A stretch of DNA of 64,000 nucleotides from the NCBI GenBank assembly GCA_964420075.1, contig CAYQRE010000006.1, forward strand, positions 74,793-138,792, read 5' to 3'. Made by a program: the position numbers and the translations under genes. Shown piece by piece: positions 47,997-55,913 of the stretch (within the stretch, counting starts at the first letter, position 1; every line of letters begins with the position of its first letter). Under the pieces are notes generated by a model. That model saw only the letters and a program-made list of their open reading frames with translations, did no database searches and was not told the DNA's origin. This DNA comes from an uncultured Thermoanaerobaculia bacterium. GTDB lineage: Bacteria > Acidobacteriota > Thermoanaerobaculia > Multivoradales > SZUA-115.

Positions 47997-49079
47997 CTAG
48001 CCGGCCAAGGGTGGCGCGGCGAAGCCGAGAAAGACCGGCTCCGGCTCCAGGCAAACGCCGAAGCGCGCCGCGACACCGGCGCGCACCTCGGCCGCCAGGG
48101 CGACCAGCTCGGCGCTCGTCCCGCCGCCGTAGTGCACGAGGGCGAGAGCGTGGCACGACGAGATCCCCACGGTGCCACGGCGCAGGCCGCGTGCAAAGCC
48201 GGCCCGCTCGATCAACCAGCCGGCCGAGAGCTTCACGCGGCCACCCTCACCCGCGAAGCGCGGCACCTCGTCGGCCTCGCGCACCAGTCCCTCGCCCAAG
48301 GCCACGCGCACGACCCGGGCCGCCACCTCGGCGCTGACCTGCGGGTTGACGAAAAAGGAGCCCACACTGTGCCGGTTCTCGTCGTCGGGAGTGAGCAGCA
48401 TCGACTTCTGCCGGCGCAGGTCGAGCACCGCTTGCCGCACCTCGGCGAGGCGCGGCAAGGCACCCCCGCCGGCGCCGAGGGCCCGGCGCAGCTCGGGGTA
48501 GCGCAGCGTGGGTGCCCCACCGGGGTGGAGCTCGAAGCGAACCGTGGAGACCGCGAGCGCGCCCGGCCGGCGGCGGAGGACGCTGGTGCGATAGCCGAAG
48601 CCAAGCCCCTCGCGGTTCAGGCACCGACGCTCGCCCGTCGTCGCATCGAGGCCGCTCACCTCGACGAGCCGCTCAGCGACCTCCTGGCCGTAGGCCCCGA
48701 CGTTCTGGATCGGCGTCGCCCCGGCCGTCCCCGGGATCCCGGAGAGGCATTCGAGCCCGGCCCAGCCCTCCTCCACCATCCACGCCACGAGATCGTCCCA
48801 GGGCTCGCCGGCGGCGACCTCGATCTGGACTCGGTCGTCGTGGCGATGGACCCGGCGCCCCCGCAGGCCGACGCGGACGACCAAGCCCCTGACCCCGGCG
48901 TCGGCGACGACGACGTTGGTGCCGCCGCCGAGGAGCGTCACCGGCCAACCTTCGTGCCGGGCCAGGGCGAGGGCCTCGGCGAGCTCCGCCTCGCTCTCCA
49001 CCCGGACGAGCCGCTCGGCAGCACCCCCGAGGCCGAGGCTGGTCCAGGGCGCGAGGGATGCTTCGCTCTCGATCTCCAT
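47997..49079 (-). CDS. murB: UDP-N-acetylenolpyruvoylglucosamine reductase
   Basis: FAD-binding PCMH domain 'LGGGTNVVVAD', 'ECLSGIPGTAGATPIQNVGAYGQEV', and a C-terminal MurB domain. 360 aa. Confidence 0.85.
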   Translation of the reverse strand: MEIESEASLAPWTSLGLGGAAERLVRVESEAELAEALALARHEGWPVTLLGGGTNVVVADAGVRGLVVRVGLRGRRVHRHDDRVQIEVAAGEPWDDLVAWMVEEGWAGLECLSGIPGTAGATPIQNVGAYGQEVAERLVEVSGLDATTGERRCLNREGLGFGYRTSVLRRRPGALAVSTVRFELHPGGAPTLRYPELRRALGAGGGALPRLAEVRQAVLDLRRQKSMLLTPDDENRHSVGSFFVNPQVSAEVAARVVRVALGEGLVREADEVPRFAGEGGRVKLSAGWLIERAGFARGLRRGTVGISSCHALALVHYGGGTSAELVALAAEVRAGVAARFGVCLEPEPVFLGFAAPPLAG

Positions 49080-49153
49080 TGCGGACGAGCATACGGCAGC
49101 GCCAACGCCGCCGCCGGCTCAACCGTATCCACGACCAGCAGAGAGGAGGAAAC

Positions 49154-49708
49154 ATGGCGCAACGTGGCTTGGTGGTCGCTGGCGTCTTCGCCGTCGGAGC
49201 GGGCCTCGTGGGCCTCGCCGCCGCTGGCACGGCCGAGCTCGAACAGGTGTGGGTGCAGAACTTCCCGGAGACCCAGCAGGTCCGCGGCAGCGTGACGGTG
49301 ACGGAGCCGGTGCCCCATGCCGTGTTCCTGCGTCGCGAGGGCCTCATCGTGCCGCAGGCCCGCCGCACGGAGAGCAACGACCTGGTCTTTGCCGGCGTCG
49401 TCGAGAGCGCCGGCTTCACGGGCGCGGTGCTCTCGCTCCAGGGAGAGGTGCAGGACAGCTTCTTTTCGGCGGGCGACGTCGGCGTGCTGCTCATCCCCGA
49501 TGAAGCACCCATCCTCGACGCCCTGCGGCGCCACGGGCGGATCGATCTCGCCCTCGAGGCCGTCGCGGCGGCCGCGCCCAGCGCGGGAGCACGGTTCAGC
49601 TCGGCCCCGACCGCGGCGGGAGTTGCCTTCCCACGCTACCGAGCCTTCCTCTACAACACCACGAACCGGAGCGCCGAGGTGAACCTCTATGTCTACCTGA
49701 CCCACTGA
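49154..49708 (+). CDS. Hypothetical secreted protein
   Basis: Internal ATG preceded by a strong RBS (AGAGGAGGAAAC-ATG). Signal peptide 'MAQRGLVVAGVFAVGAGLVGLAAAGTA'. 184 aa. Divergent from murB. Confidence 0.55.
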   Translation: MAQRGLVVAGVFAVGAGLVGLAAAGTAELEQVWVQNFPETQQVRGSVTVTEPVPHAVFLRREGLIVPQARRTESNDLVFAGVVESAGFTGAVLSLQGEVQDSFFSAGDVGVLLIPDEAPILDALRRHGRIDLALEAVAAAAPSAGARFSSAPTAAGVAFPRYRAFLYNTTNRSAEVNLYVYLTH

Positions 49709-49737
49709 GGAGCGCTCCCGGTTGCTACCATCGCACT

Positions 49738-50553
49738 GTGGCGTTCCTCCACTTCGGGTCCCGCCGGCTGGCCTACGAGCTCCACGGCTCCTCAGGCCCC
49801 CTCGTCGCCCTGGTGATGGGCCTGGGCATGCCGGGCGCCGCCTGGGCACCGCAGATCTCCGCCCTCGGGCCGTCCTACCGGCTGCTGACCTTCGACCACC
49901 CCGGGATCCACGCCTCAGACGCCCTCCCCGGCCTGCCTTCGGTACCCGAGTTGGCCGCCGACCTCGGCACCCTCCTCGCACACCTCGGCGCGCGGACCGT
50001 CCACCTCGTCGGTATCTCGATGGGGAGTCAGATCGCTCTCGCGACGGCCCTCGCGGCGCCGGCGCGGGCTGCCTCGCTCACTCTGCTCTCGACCTGGAGC
50101 GGCCGCACGCTCTGGTTACCGACCCTCGCCAACCTGCGCTGGACGCCAGCCGTCGTCTTGCGAAGCGGTCCACCCCACTACCGGGCGCTCGCCCGCCAGC
50201 TCTTCTCGCGCCGCTTTCGGGCCTCGCTCGCCGAGGCCGAGGTCATCGCCCGCCTCAGCGCCGGCCTCGGCCCTCGGCCGTCGGCGCGCAACACCCTTGG
50301 GCAGTTCTGGTCACTCCTGCGCTACGACGCCGGCCGCCAGCTCGGGGCGCTTGCCGCCGTGCCCACGCTGGTGGTCCACGGTGGGGCTGACTGCTTGGTG
50401 CCCGTCTCGCGAGCCCGCGAGCTGGCACGACGCATCCCCGGCGCTCGCTTCGAGCTCGTGGCCGGCTGCGGGCACGGCTTGTCCATGGAAGCCGCGGCCG
50501 AGGTGAACCGCCTCTTGGCGGAGCACTTCGCCGCCGCCGGCGAGCTGCCCTAG
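49738..50553 (+). CDS. Alpha/beta-hydrolase fold protein
   Basis: Nucleophile elbow 'HLVGISMGSQIA' (GxSxG), C-terminal 'VVHGGADCLVP' and 'GCGHGLSME' (catalytic His region). Alternative-start (GTG) ORF. Confidence 0.7.
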   Translation: MAFLHFGSRRLAYELHGSSGPLVALVMGLGMPGAAWAPQISALGPSYRLLTFDHPGIHASDALPGLPSVPELAADLGTLLAHLGARTVHLVGISMGSQIALATALAAPARAASLTLLSTWSGRTLWLPTLANLRWTPAVVLRSGPPHYRALARQLFSRRFRASLAEAEVIARLSAGLGPRPSARNTLGQFWSLLRYDAGRQLGALAAVPTLVVHGGADCLVPVSRARELARRIPGARFELVAGCGHGLSMEAAAEVNRLLAEHFAAAGELP

Positions 50554-50738
50554 AGGCCGGGTGGGGCCTGGCGCAGCAACCACCAGACCCCGCAACCCAG
50601 CGCGACAAAGAAGGCCAGCACGGTCACGGCGGCCCACAGCGCGAAGCGCCGCCCCTTGGGGCCGACGGCAGCAAGGTAGGCCCCCACCGCGGCGAGCAGG
50701 GCGAAGAGCACGAAGGTAATCAGGGGCAACGTCATCAA
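50550..50738 (-). CDS. Small hydrophobic protein (2 TM, 62 aa)
   Basis: 'MMTLPLITFVLFALLAAVGAYLAAVGPKGRRFALWAAVTVLAFFVALGCGVWWLL' has a clean two-helix hydropathy. Overlaps the hydrolase stop by 4 nt on the opposite strand. Confidence 0.35.
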   Translation of the reverse strand: MMTLPLITFVLFALLAAVGAYLAAVGPKGRRFALWAAVTVLAFFVALGCGVWWLLRQAPPGL

Positions 50739-50906
50739 AGCCTCCCAGGAGGCCGAGCTGCGGGGCCGAAGAGGCCGGCTCGGCGAGCGTCCGATGGAGT
50801 GGACAGGACGCTTCTGGATGTCATGGCGAGAGTACTACGGCCGAGGCGGGGGGAGAGAACAGTGCGGAAGGCGGCGGCTGAGCTGAACGGGCGTTCTGCC
50901 CGGTGT

Positions 50907-50920
50907 TGGCAAGTTTGCCA
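50907..50920 (+). promoter_or_regulatory. Perfect inverted repeat TGGCAA-GT-TTGCCA, a candidate enhancer (UAS) for a σ54 activator
   Basis: Read directly from the sequence, about 125 bp upstream of the σ54-like −24/−12 element, inside a locally AT-richer intergenic island. Confidence 0.4.
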
Positions 50921-51038
50921 GAAGTTCACCACCAATGGGCATTTCTACCACCCAATTTTCCCAGATTCGGGTATGCTACCCGCCAACTTCTCCTGGTGCA
51001 GGCTGCTTGACGTCCCAGAAAAGGCAGCCTCGACGAGC

Positions 51039-51054
51039 TGGCATTTACGTTGCT
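51039..51054 (+). promoter_or_regulatory. Putative σ54 (RpoN) −24/−12 promoter, TGGCAT-N5-TTGCT
   Basis: Matches the consensus TGGCAC-N5-TTGCW with correct GG/GC spacing, about 185 nt upstream of the multiheme cytochrome start codon, in a 0.5-kb AT-rich non-coding region. Confidence 0.5.
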
Positions 51055-51239
51055 AGCAGAGACCCAAGAGAGACAACTTGGAACGCTCGTAGATGCAATG
51101 CACCCAAATTGCACTGACGAGAAGATGTGCGCTAGAATCCCAATCGAAATAGTAATTTCCAAAAGTTGGATTGTTGACTGATTAAGTTCAAAGTGGAGCT
51201 GATCGATGATCCAGGGAGCGACGGGGTGAGAGGGGCCGC

Positions 51240-52571
51240 GTGAGCAAGCAAGCGGATCGAAGCCTCGAGAGCACGCGGCTGCGGAACTGGCTCGTCTCCC
51301 GATTGTGGATGGTCGGCCTGGCCTTGGCACTCACCCTCGGCGGCCTGTTCCTCTCCGGGCATCGGCAGTTCTTCGTGCCCGGAACCACCTCCGACGGGCA
51401 CCACCTCCTTGAGCCATCCTGCAATTCCTGTCACAAGGGCTTCGCCCCGATCGCCAACGACGACTGTGTCAGCTGCCATCGCCCGGAGCTGGCGAGCGAC
51501 ACCCACCCCGTGCGCACCTTCGACGATCCACGGTGGGCGAGCGACCTGAAGGAAATTAACGCCCTTCGCTGCGTCACCTGTCATCACGAGCACAAGGTGG
51601 CCGCCGGTGGCGTCACCATCCGCCGCGAGTTCTGCTACCCCTGCCACGACGACGTGGTTGCCAAGCGGGCCAGCCACAAGGACCTCTCCCCCTCGTCCTG
51701 CGGCGACGCCGGCTGCCACAACTACCATGACAACTCTGGCCTCAACACCGCGGTGCTCACCGCTGCCCTGGGGCAACCCGACCAGCTGGCGGAGCCCGCA
51801 GTGCTGGCACGGCGCCTCGTCCCGGAGCCCGCCGGACCGCACCTGGCTCCCGACGCTCCTGCCGGCGTGACCGCTCCGGCCGCCCTCGTCCAGGCCTGGG
51901 ACGGCAGTGTCCATCGGCGAGCCGGGGTCGGCTGCTCGGACTGCCATGGCAAGGGCGAGGCCTTCGCCTTGCGGCCTGGCTTCGCCGCCTGCAAGACCTG
52001 CCACGGCTTCGAGGTCGATACCTTCGGTGCTGGGCAGCACGGGGTGCGCACACGCCTCGACCTCGAGCCGCTGCGGCCGGCGGACGCGCGATCCCCGATG
52101 GCTGCCGGGGCGTCGCGGCTGCACCCCGAGCATGGCTGTGGCTCCTGCCACGACGTGCACTCGGTCGACACCCGCCACGCGGCCACCGAGGCCTGCCTCG
52201 ACTGTCATGCAGACCGCCACAGCCTGGCCTTCGGCTCCTCTCCCCACGCCCGCGGCGCAACCCAGCTCGATCCTCACGACGGGCGGGCCGTCACCTGCGC
52301 GACCTGCCACCTGCCCCGGGTCGAGGTCGAGGAGAAGGGCGCCGTGAGGGTGGCGACCAACCACAACAACAGCCTGACCATGCGACCGATCGATCGCATG
52401 GCCCGCCTGGTCTGCAACCGCTGCCATGGCTATGAGCTGTCCCTCGCCAGCCTGCTCGACCCGCAGGCCGGGGCCAGCAATTTCGCTGCGAAGCCGTCTT
52501 CCCGGGCGCGCAGCTTCCTGATGGTGGAGGCTGCCCGCCTGGGTCGGCAGCCGGAAGGAGGAGGACGATGA
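51240..52571 (+). CDS. Membrane-anchored multiheme c-type cytochrome (10 × CxxCH + 1 × Cx4CH)
   Basis: GTG start with GAGAGGGG RBS. N-terminal TM helix 'LWMVGLALALTLGGLFL'. Heme motifs CNSCH, CVSCH, CVTCH, CYPCH, CGDAGCH, CSDCH, CKTCH, CGSCH, CLDCH, CATCH, CNRCH. Confidence 0.85.
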   Translation: MSKQADRSLESTRLRNWLVSRLWMVGLALALTLGGLFLSGHRQFFVPGTTSDGHHLLEPSCNSCHKGFAPIANDDCVSCHRPELASDTHPVRTFDDPRWASDLKEINALRCVTCHHEHKVAAGGVTIRREFCYPCHDDVVAKRASHKDLSPSSCGDAGCHNYHDNSGLNTAVLTAALGQPDQLAEPAVLARRLVPEPAGPHLAPDAPAGVTAPAALVQAWDGSVHRRAGVGCSDCHGKGEAFALRPGFAACKTCHGFEVDTFGAGQHGVRTRLDLEPLRPADARSPMAAGASRLHPEHGCGSCHDVHSVDTRHAATEACLDCHADRHSLAFGSSPHARGATQLDPHDGRAVTCATCHLPRVEVEEKGAVRVATNHNNSLTMRPIDRMARLVCNRCHGYELSLASLLDPQAGASNFAAKPSSRARSFLMVEAARLGRQPEGGGR

Positions 52572-53161
52572 TGGCAAGAGCTTGGTGCAGCAAGGGTCGC
52601 GTCGTCGCCGGCGTCGTCGGCCCAGCCCTGATCACCTGCCTGACCGCTTGCGGTGGCAGCGCTGCGAAACCGGCAGGGATCGCGCCCGAGCAGGCGGTCG
52701 ACTACATCCACGCCGTGATCGAGGCTGATCGCAGTGTCTACGCCGAACGCGTGGTGCAACGCCTGCAGAACACCGAGGGCGTGATCAAGGCCAGCGAGCA
52801 TTTCGAGGCCGACAAGGCCCTGCCACTGCCGGCCCAGATGTTGCGCATGGGCTCGCAGGCGGCGGCCGAGAAGGGCGACTTCCGCTACGCCCTGATCAGC
52901 CAGTGGGCGATCAACAAAGCCAACCTGCCGAAGACGGATGCCGAGAAAGCCGGGATGGAGCAGGTGATCGCCGATCCCTCCAAGCCCTATCGCAGCTATC
53001 TGACGGTGAATGGTCGCCGCTACTTCATGGCCATCTACGCCGACCGCGCCGTCTCCCCGGCGTGCGTCAAGTGCCACAACGAGCACCAAGAGAGCCCGCG
53101 CCACGACTTCACACCCGGCGACGTGATGGGCGGCGTCGTCGTCACCCTTCCCCTCGACTGA
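52568..53161 (+). CDS. DUF3365-like (Tll0287-type PAS-like) c-heme lipoprotein
   Basis: ATGA overlap with the cytochrome stop and GGAGGA RBS. Lipobox 'LITCLTACGG'. A single C-terminal 'CVKCH'. About 190 aa, the size and layout of the DUF3365/Tll0287 heme-PAS family. Confidence 0.6.
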   Translation: MMARAWCSKGRVVAGVVGPALITCLTACGGSAAKPAGIAPEQAVDYIHAVIEADRSVYAERVVQRLQNTEGVIKASEHFEADKALPLPAQMLRMGSQAAAEKGDFRYALISQWAINKANLPKTDAEKAGMEQVIADPSKPYRSYLTVNGRRYFMAIYADRAVSPACVKCHNEHQESPRHDFTPGDVMGGVVVTLPLD

Positions 53162-53179
53162 CCTGGAGCGAGATCGGAC

Positions 53180-53767
53180 ATGCGTACGGAAACTCTGCGT
53201 TGGGAATTTCGGGTCCTGCCTTGGCTGGCGTTGCTCGGCGTCATCGTGCTGGCTCTCCTACCCCTCAGCATCTCCCTGCTGGGAGCCTTGCCGTTGTCGG
53301 AGAACATCCGTCTCCTCGGCAAGCTCTCGGAGAGCCACCGCTTCCGCGAGCTTACGGGCTACGGCGCCCTTGCCCTGGTCGCCTTCGAGGGGCTGCTCAT
53401 CCTCCACAAGCGGGGCAAGCTACCGTTCATGCCCGGCAACCGCATTAGCTGGCGTTCGGCGCACATCTTCGTCGGCGCGTCGCTGATCCCGTTGGTCGTC
53501 ATCCATACCGGCGGCCGCTGGGGGAGCAACCTCAACGGCGCCCTGCTGCTGAGCTTGATGGCCGTCGTGCTGATCGGGGTGGCCGGTAAGCTGATCGAAG
53601 CGATTCACTTGCAGCGCAACGTCCAGAGTGCCAAGGCCGAGGCCGGCAAAGAGGGAGGCCGGCGGCGCGCGCCCATGCATACCTACTGGCTACGGCTCCA
53701 CATGATGCTGGCGACGGTGCTGGTCGCCCTGCTGGGCTTCCACATCTTCAGCGTCTACTACTTCTAG
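53180..53767 (+). CDS. Small polytopic membrane protein, probable di-heme cytochrome b (DUF4405-like)
   Basis: 195 aa with 4–5 TM helices and conserved intramembrane His ('LILHKRG', 'SAHIFVG', 'VVIHTGG', 'GFHIFS'). Third gene of the cytochrome operon. Confidence 0.55.
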   Translation: MRTETLRWEFRVLPWLALLGVIVLALLPLSISLLGALPLSENIRLLGKLSESHRFRELTGYGALALVAFEGLLILHKRGKLPFMPGNRISWRSAHIFVGASLIPLVVIHTGGRWGSNLNGALLLSLMAVVLIGVAGKLIEAIHLQRNVQSAKAEAGKEGGRRRAPMHTYWLRLHMMLATVLVALLGFHIFSVYYF

Positions 53768-53805
53768 CCCGCCGCTTCCGCCTTCCGCCACCGCGCCTCG
53801 AGCAA

Positions 53806-53835
53806 GCGAAAGGCCCCCTGCTGGGGGCCTTTCGC
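53806..53835. terminator. Strong GC hairpin, a likely bidirectional terminator between the cytochrome operon and the convergent H-NOX operon
   Basis: Perfect 12-bp stem GCGAAAGGCCCC/GGGGCCTTTCGC with a 6-nt loop, lying between the stop codons of the convergent genes at 53767 and 53881. Confidence 0.6.
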
Positions 53836-53880
53836 ACGAGGCGCATCGGCGCGCCCACGACCGGCAGTGAGCCGGCACCT

Positions 53881-54420
53881 TCAGGCTGACAGGACGCGGA
53901 CACGAATCTGCGTCGAAGGCGCGTCGTCGCCTCCCTCACAGATGATCTCCACCCTCTCGCCGTAGTACCCAGCGACACCGCGCACGATGCCGCGAGCCAA
54001 CGCTGCCATCTTGCGGGGCGACCGATAGAGGATCGTCACCTCGTTGTCGCCGGTGCGCGAGCAGACCAACGCCGGCGGCTTGGCCTGGCGGTTGCGCGTC
54101 CGCACGATGTGGTGGATGGTGCTCTCGACGTTGGTCAGGAACTCGAGGGTCTTCCACTTGGGGTCGATCAACGGCCGGTAGATCGTCACCAGATCAGCCC
54201 CGATGAACTGGCCGAAGTCCTCCAGGATGTTCGGCACCGGGATCCCCGTGATCTTCGAGGCCGTGACGACGATCCCCACCGCCTCCTCGTCCGGGTACAT
54301 GAGGAAGTTCTCGTACTCCTTCTTGCCCAACCCGGCCTGCTCGAGCACTGCGATCCAGGCTTCGCGGCCGAGCTTCGACTCGACGTATTTTTTTATTTCC
54401 GAGAAAATAAATCCGTGCAC
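53881..54420 (-). CDS. hnoX: Stand-alone H-NOX (heme nitric oxide/oxygen-binding) sensor protein
   Basis: 179 aa. Aligns along its length with Tt H-NOX: N-terminal 'MHGFIFSEIKKYVESKLG', proximal-His region 'ESTIHHIV', heme-propionate Y-x-S-x-R motif 'ILYRSPRKMAALARGIV', and C-terminal 'TQIRVRV'. GTG start with GAGGGA RBS. Confidence 0.85.
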   Translation of the reverse strand: MHGFIFSEIKKYVESKLGREAWIAVLEQAGLGKKEYENFLMYPDEEAVGIVVTASKITGIPVPNILEDFGQFIGADLVTIYRPLIDPKWKTLEFLTNVESTIHHIVRTRNRQAKPPALVCSRTGDNEVTILYRSPRKMAALARGIVRGVAGYYGERVEIICEGGDDAPSTQIRVRVLSA

Positions 54421-54460
54421 CGTTGACTCCCTCGGTGGCGAATGATGACCCGGGAGCTGT

Positions 54461-55294
54461 CTAGCTCAGCTCGCCGACGGCGGCCAGCAGCTTGGGCTCG
54501 TACTTCTTCATGATGGCCCGCGCGAGCCCGAGATTGCCACGCCGGCCCACCGCCAGCACGTGGTAGTAGTCCTTGCCCATCGGGCGGATGAGGACGTAGA
54601 TCTTCTCGGTGGAGATCAGGATGTCCTCCGTCGAGCCAGCCCCCATCCCCAGCAGGTCGAGGGCCCGGCCGTTTGCCTTGACCACCTCGGCGTAGGACGC
54701 CGCGGCCACCGAGGCATCGAAGTCCGGGTCGATGGAGCCGCCGCCGATGGACAACCCGCTGTCCACGTTGACGATGTCCGTCGAGACGAACTCAGGGACC
54801 TCCTCGCGAAACGACTCCAGCACCTTGTGCAACGTGTTCATGCTCCCCTCCTCCTTGAGGTCCGTCCACCAGCCATCCTCGATCGGCACCACGGGGGCCA
54901 GCTCGGGACGGTCCTCCGTCTTCTTCCGCTCGTCGTCGCGCCGGCTGCTCTCGAGCAGCAGCATGGTCAGCGAGCACTCGATCCGCGGCGTGCGGTCGCC
55001 GGCAAAGGTCTTGATCTCGATGTCGTTGCTCCGCCAGCCGATGAGCTCGTAGGCGGCGTCCTCCCCCTGGAGATCCCCTACCTCGGCGTCGATCAGGGCA
55101 CCGTCCAGGAAGAAGAGGTGGCCCACCCGATCGGCCGCGTACACGCACACCAGGCACGTGGTCTTCTCGATCGAGACCATCTGCAGCACGGTCGGCAGGC
55201 TGATCCCCTGGACGTAGCCGAGGAAGTCCTGCACCTCGATGCGGTTGCGCAGCTCGAAATTGGAGATCGCCATGCTCAACCTAGGTAGTTTCAT
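54461..55294 (-). CDS. PATAN (DUF4388) domain + Roadblock/LC7 (MglB-like) domain protein
   Basis: N-terminal 'VQDFLGYVQGISLPTVLQMVSIEKTTCLVCV…HLFFLDGALIDA…GEDAAYELIGW' fits the DUF4388/PATAN pattern. C-terminal 'EFVSTDIVNVDSGLSIGG…AASYAEVVKANGRALDLLG…KIYVLIRPMGKDYYHVLAVG' fits Roadblock/LC7. Confidence 0.65.
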   Translation of the reverse strand: MKLPRLSMAISNFELRNRIEVQDFLGYVQGISLPTVLQMVSIEKTTCLVCVYAADRVGHLFFLDGALIDAEVGDLQGEDAAYELIGWRSNDIEIKTFAGDRTPRIECSLTMLLLESSRRDDERKKTEDRPELAPVVPIEDGWWTDLKEEGSMNTLHKVLESFREEVPEFVSTDIVNVDSGLSIGGGSIDPDFDASVAAASYAEVVKANGRALDLLGMGAGSTEDILISTEKIYVLIRPMGKDYYHVLAVGRRGNLGLARAIMKKYEPKLLAAVGELS

Positions 55295-55325
55295 CCCTCA
55301 CGGTTTTCGGGACACACCAAGAAAG

Positions 55326-55913
55326 TCAATCTGCTTCACTCATGACTCGTACGAGTCCTTCGCGGAGTGTGTGCACCAACTCCCGGCGCACCGGCTGGCT
55401 GACCACGAAGCCGAGGATGTAGCGGCCGAGGGCAGTGTCGGCCTGCAGCAGCTCGAGGACCTGGCCGCGATCCAGGTCGATCGAGACCGAACCCAGGATC
55501 GGTGACTCCAGGCAGGAGTGGAGCCGGTCGAGCAGGCTTACGAAGGAAGCCGCCACCGCCACCATCACTGGGTCGGAGTTCTTCTCCATGAGGACGAAGC
55601 CCTCGGCATCCGCCACGAAGAGCCGGCGGCAGCCAGTGAGCTCCAAGATAAACGCGAAGTAGGTCTTCAGGCGGACCTGCAGGGGGGCCCCGCTCGGCAG
55701 GCGAAGGCCCTCGGCCTCACCGGCCATGGCCCCGCGTGGGGCAACCGGCGGGGCCGGCGGCGGCGAGCTCCACAAAGAGCCGGCCGGCCAGGGTTGGAAA
55801 CCGCCATCTCCCGCGACCGGGGCCGGAGACGCCGGCGGCCGCGCCATGAGGCCTGCTCGCGCCAACGTGGCAGCGAGCTCCGCCGGCTCAATCCAGGAGA
55901 GAGATCGGCTCAT
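55326..55913 (-). CDS. Roadblock/LC7 (MglB-like) domain protein with Pro-rich N-terminal extension
   Basis: 'YFAFILELTGCRRLFVADAEGFVLMEKNSDPVMVAVAASFVSLLDRL…GRYILGFVVSQ' fits the Roadblock/LC7 fold pattern. Overlaps the upstream ATPase gene by 26 nt. Confidence 0.6.
   Translation of the reverse strand: MSRSLSWIEPAELAATLARAGLMARPPASPAPVAGDGGFQPWPAGSLWSSPPPAPPVAPRGAMAGEAEGLRLPSGAPLQVRLKTYFAFILELTGCRRLFVADAEGFVLMEKNSDPVMVAVAASFVSLLDRLHSCLESPILGSVSIDLDRGQVLELLQADTALGRYILGFVVSQPVRRELVHTLREGLVRVMSEAD

Noticed and set aside
50926-51330. 134-aa minus-strand ORF and 60-aa plus-strand ORF in the AT-rich island
   Set aside because: They span the putative σ54 promoter and leader of the cytochrome operon, and lack an RBS and protein-like composition.
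51132-52577. 481-aa ORF antisense to the multiheme cytochrome; also 57655..58938 − over the BNR gene, 47847..49295 + over murB, 44590..45993 − over the ligase, 42392..43684 + and 38278..39753 + over the OPT genes, 40692..41879 − over GCS2
   Set aside because: Each lies opposite or off-frame to a gene with clear family motifs, and each has a low-complexity R/G/A/P-rich translation.
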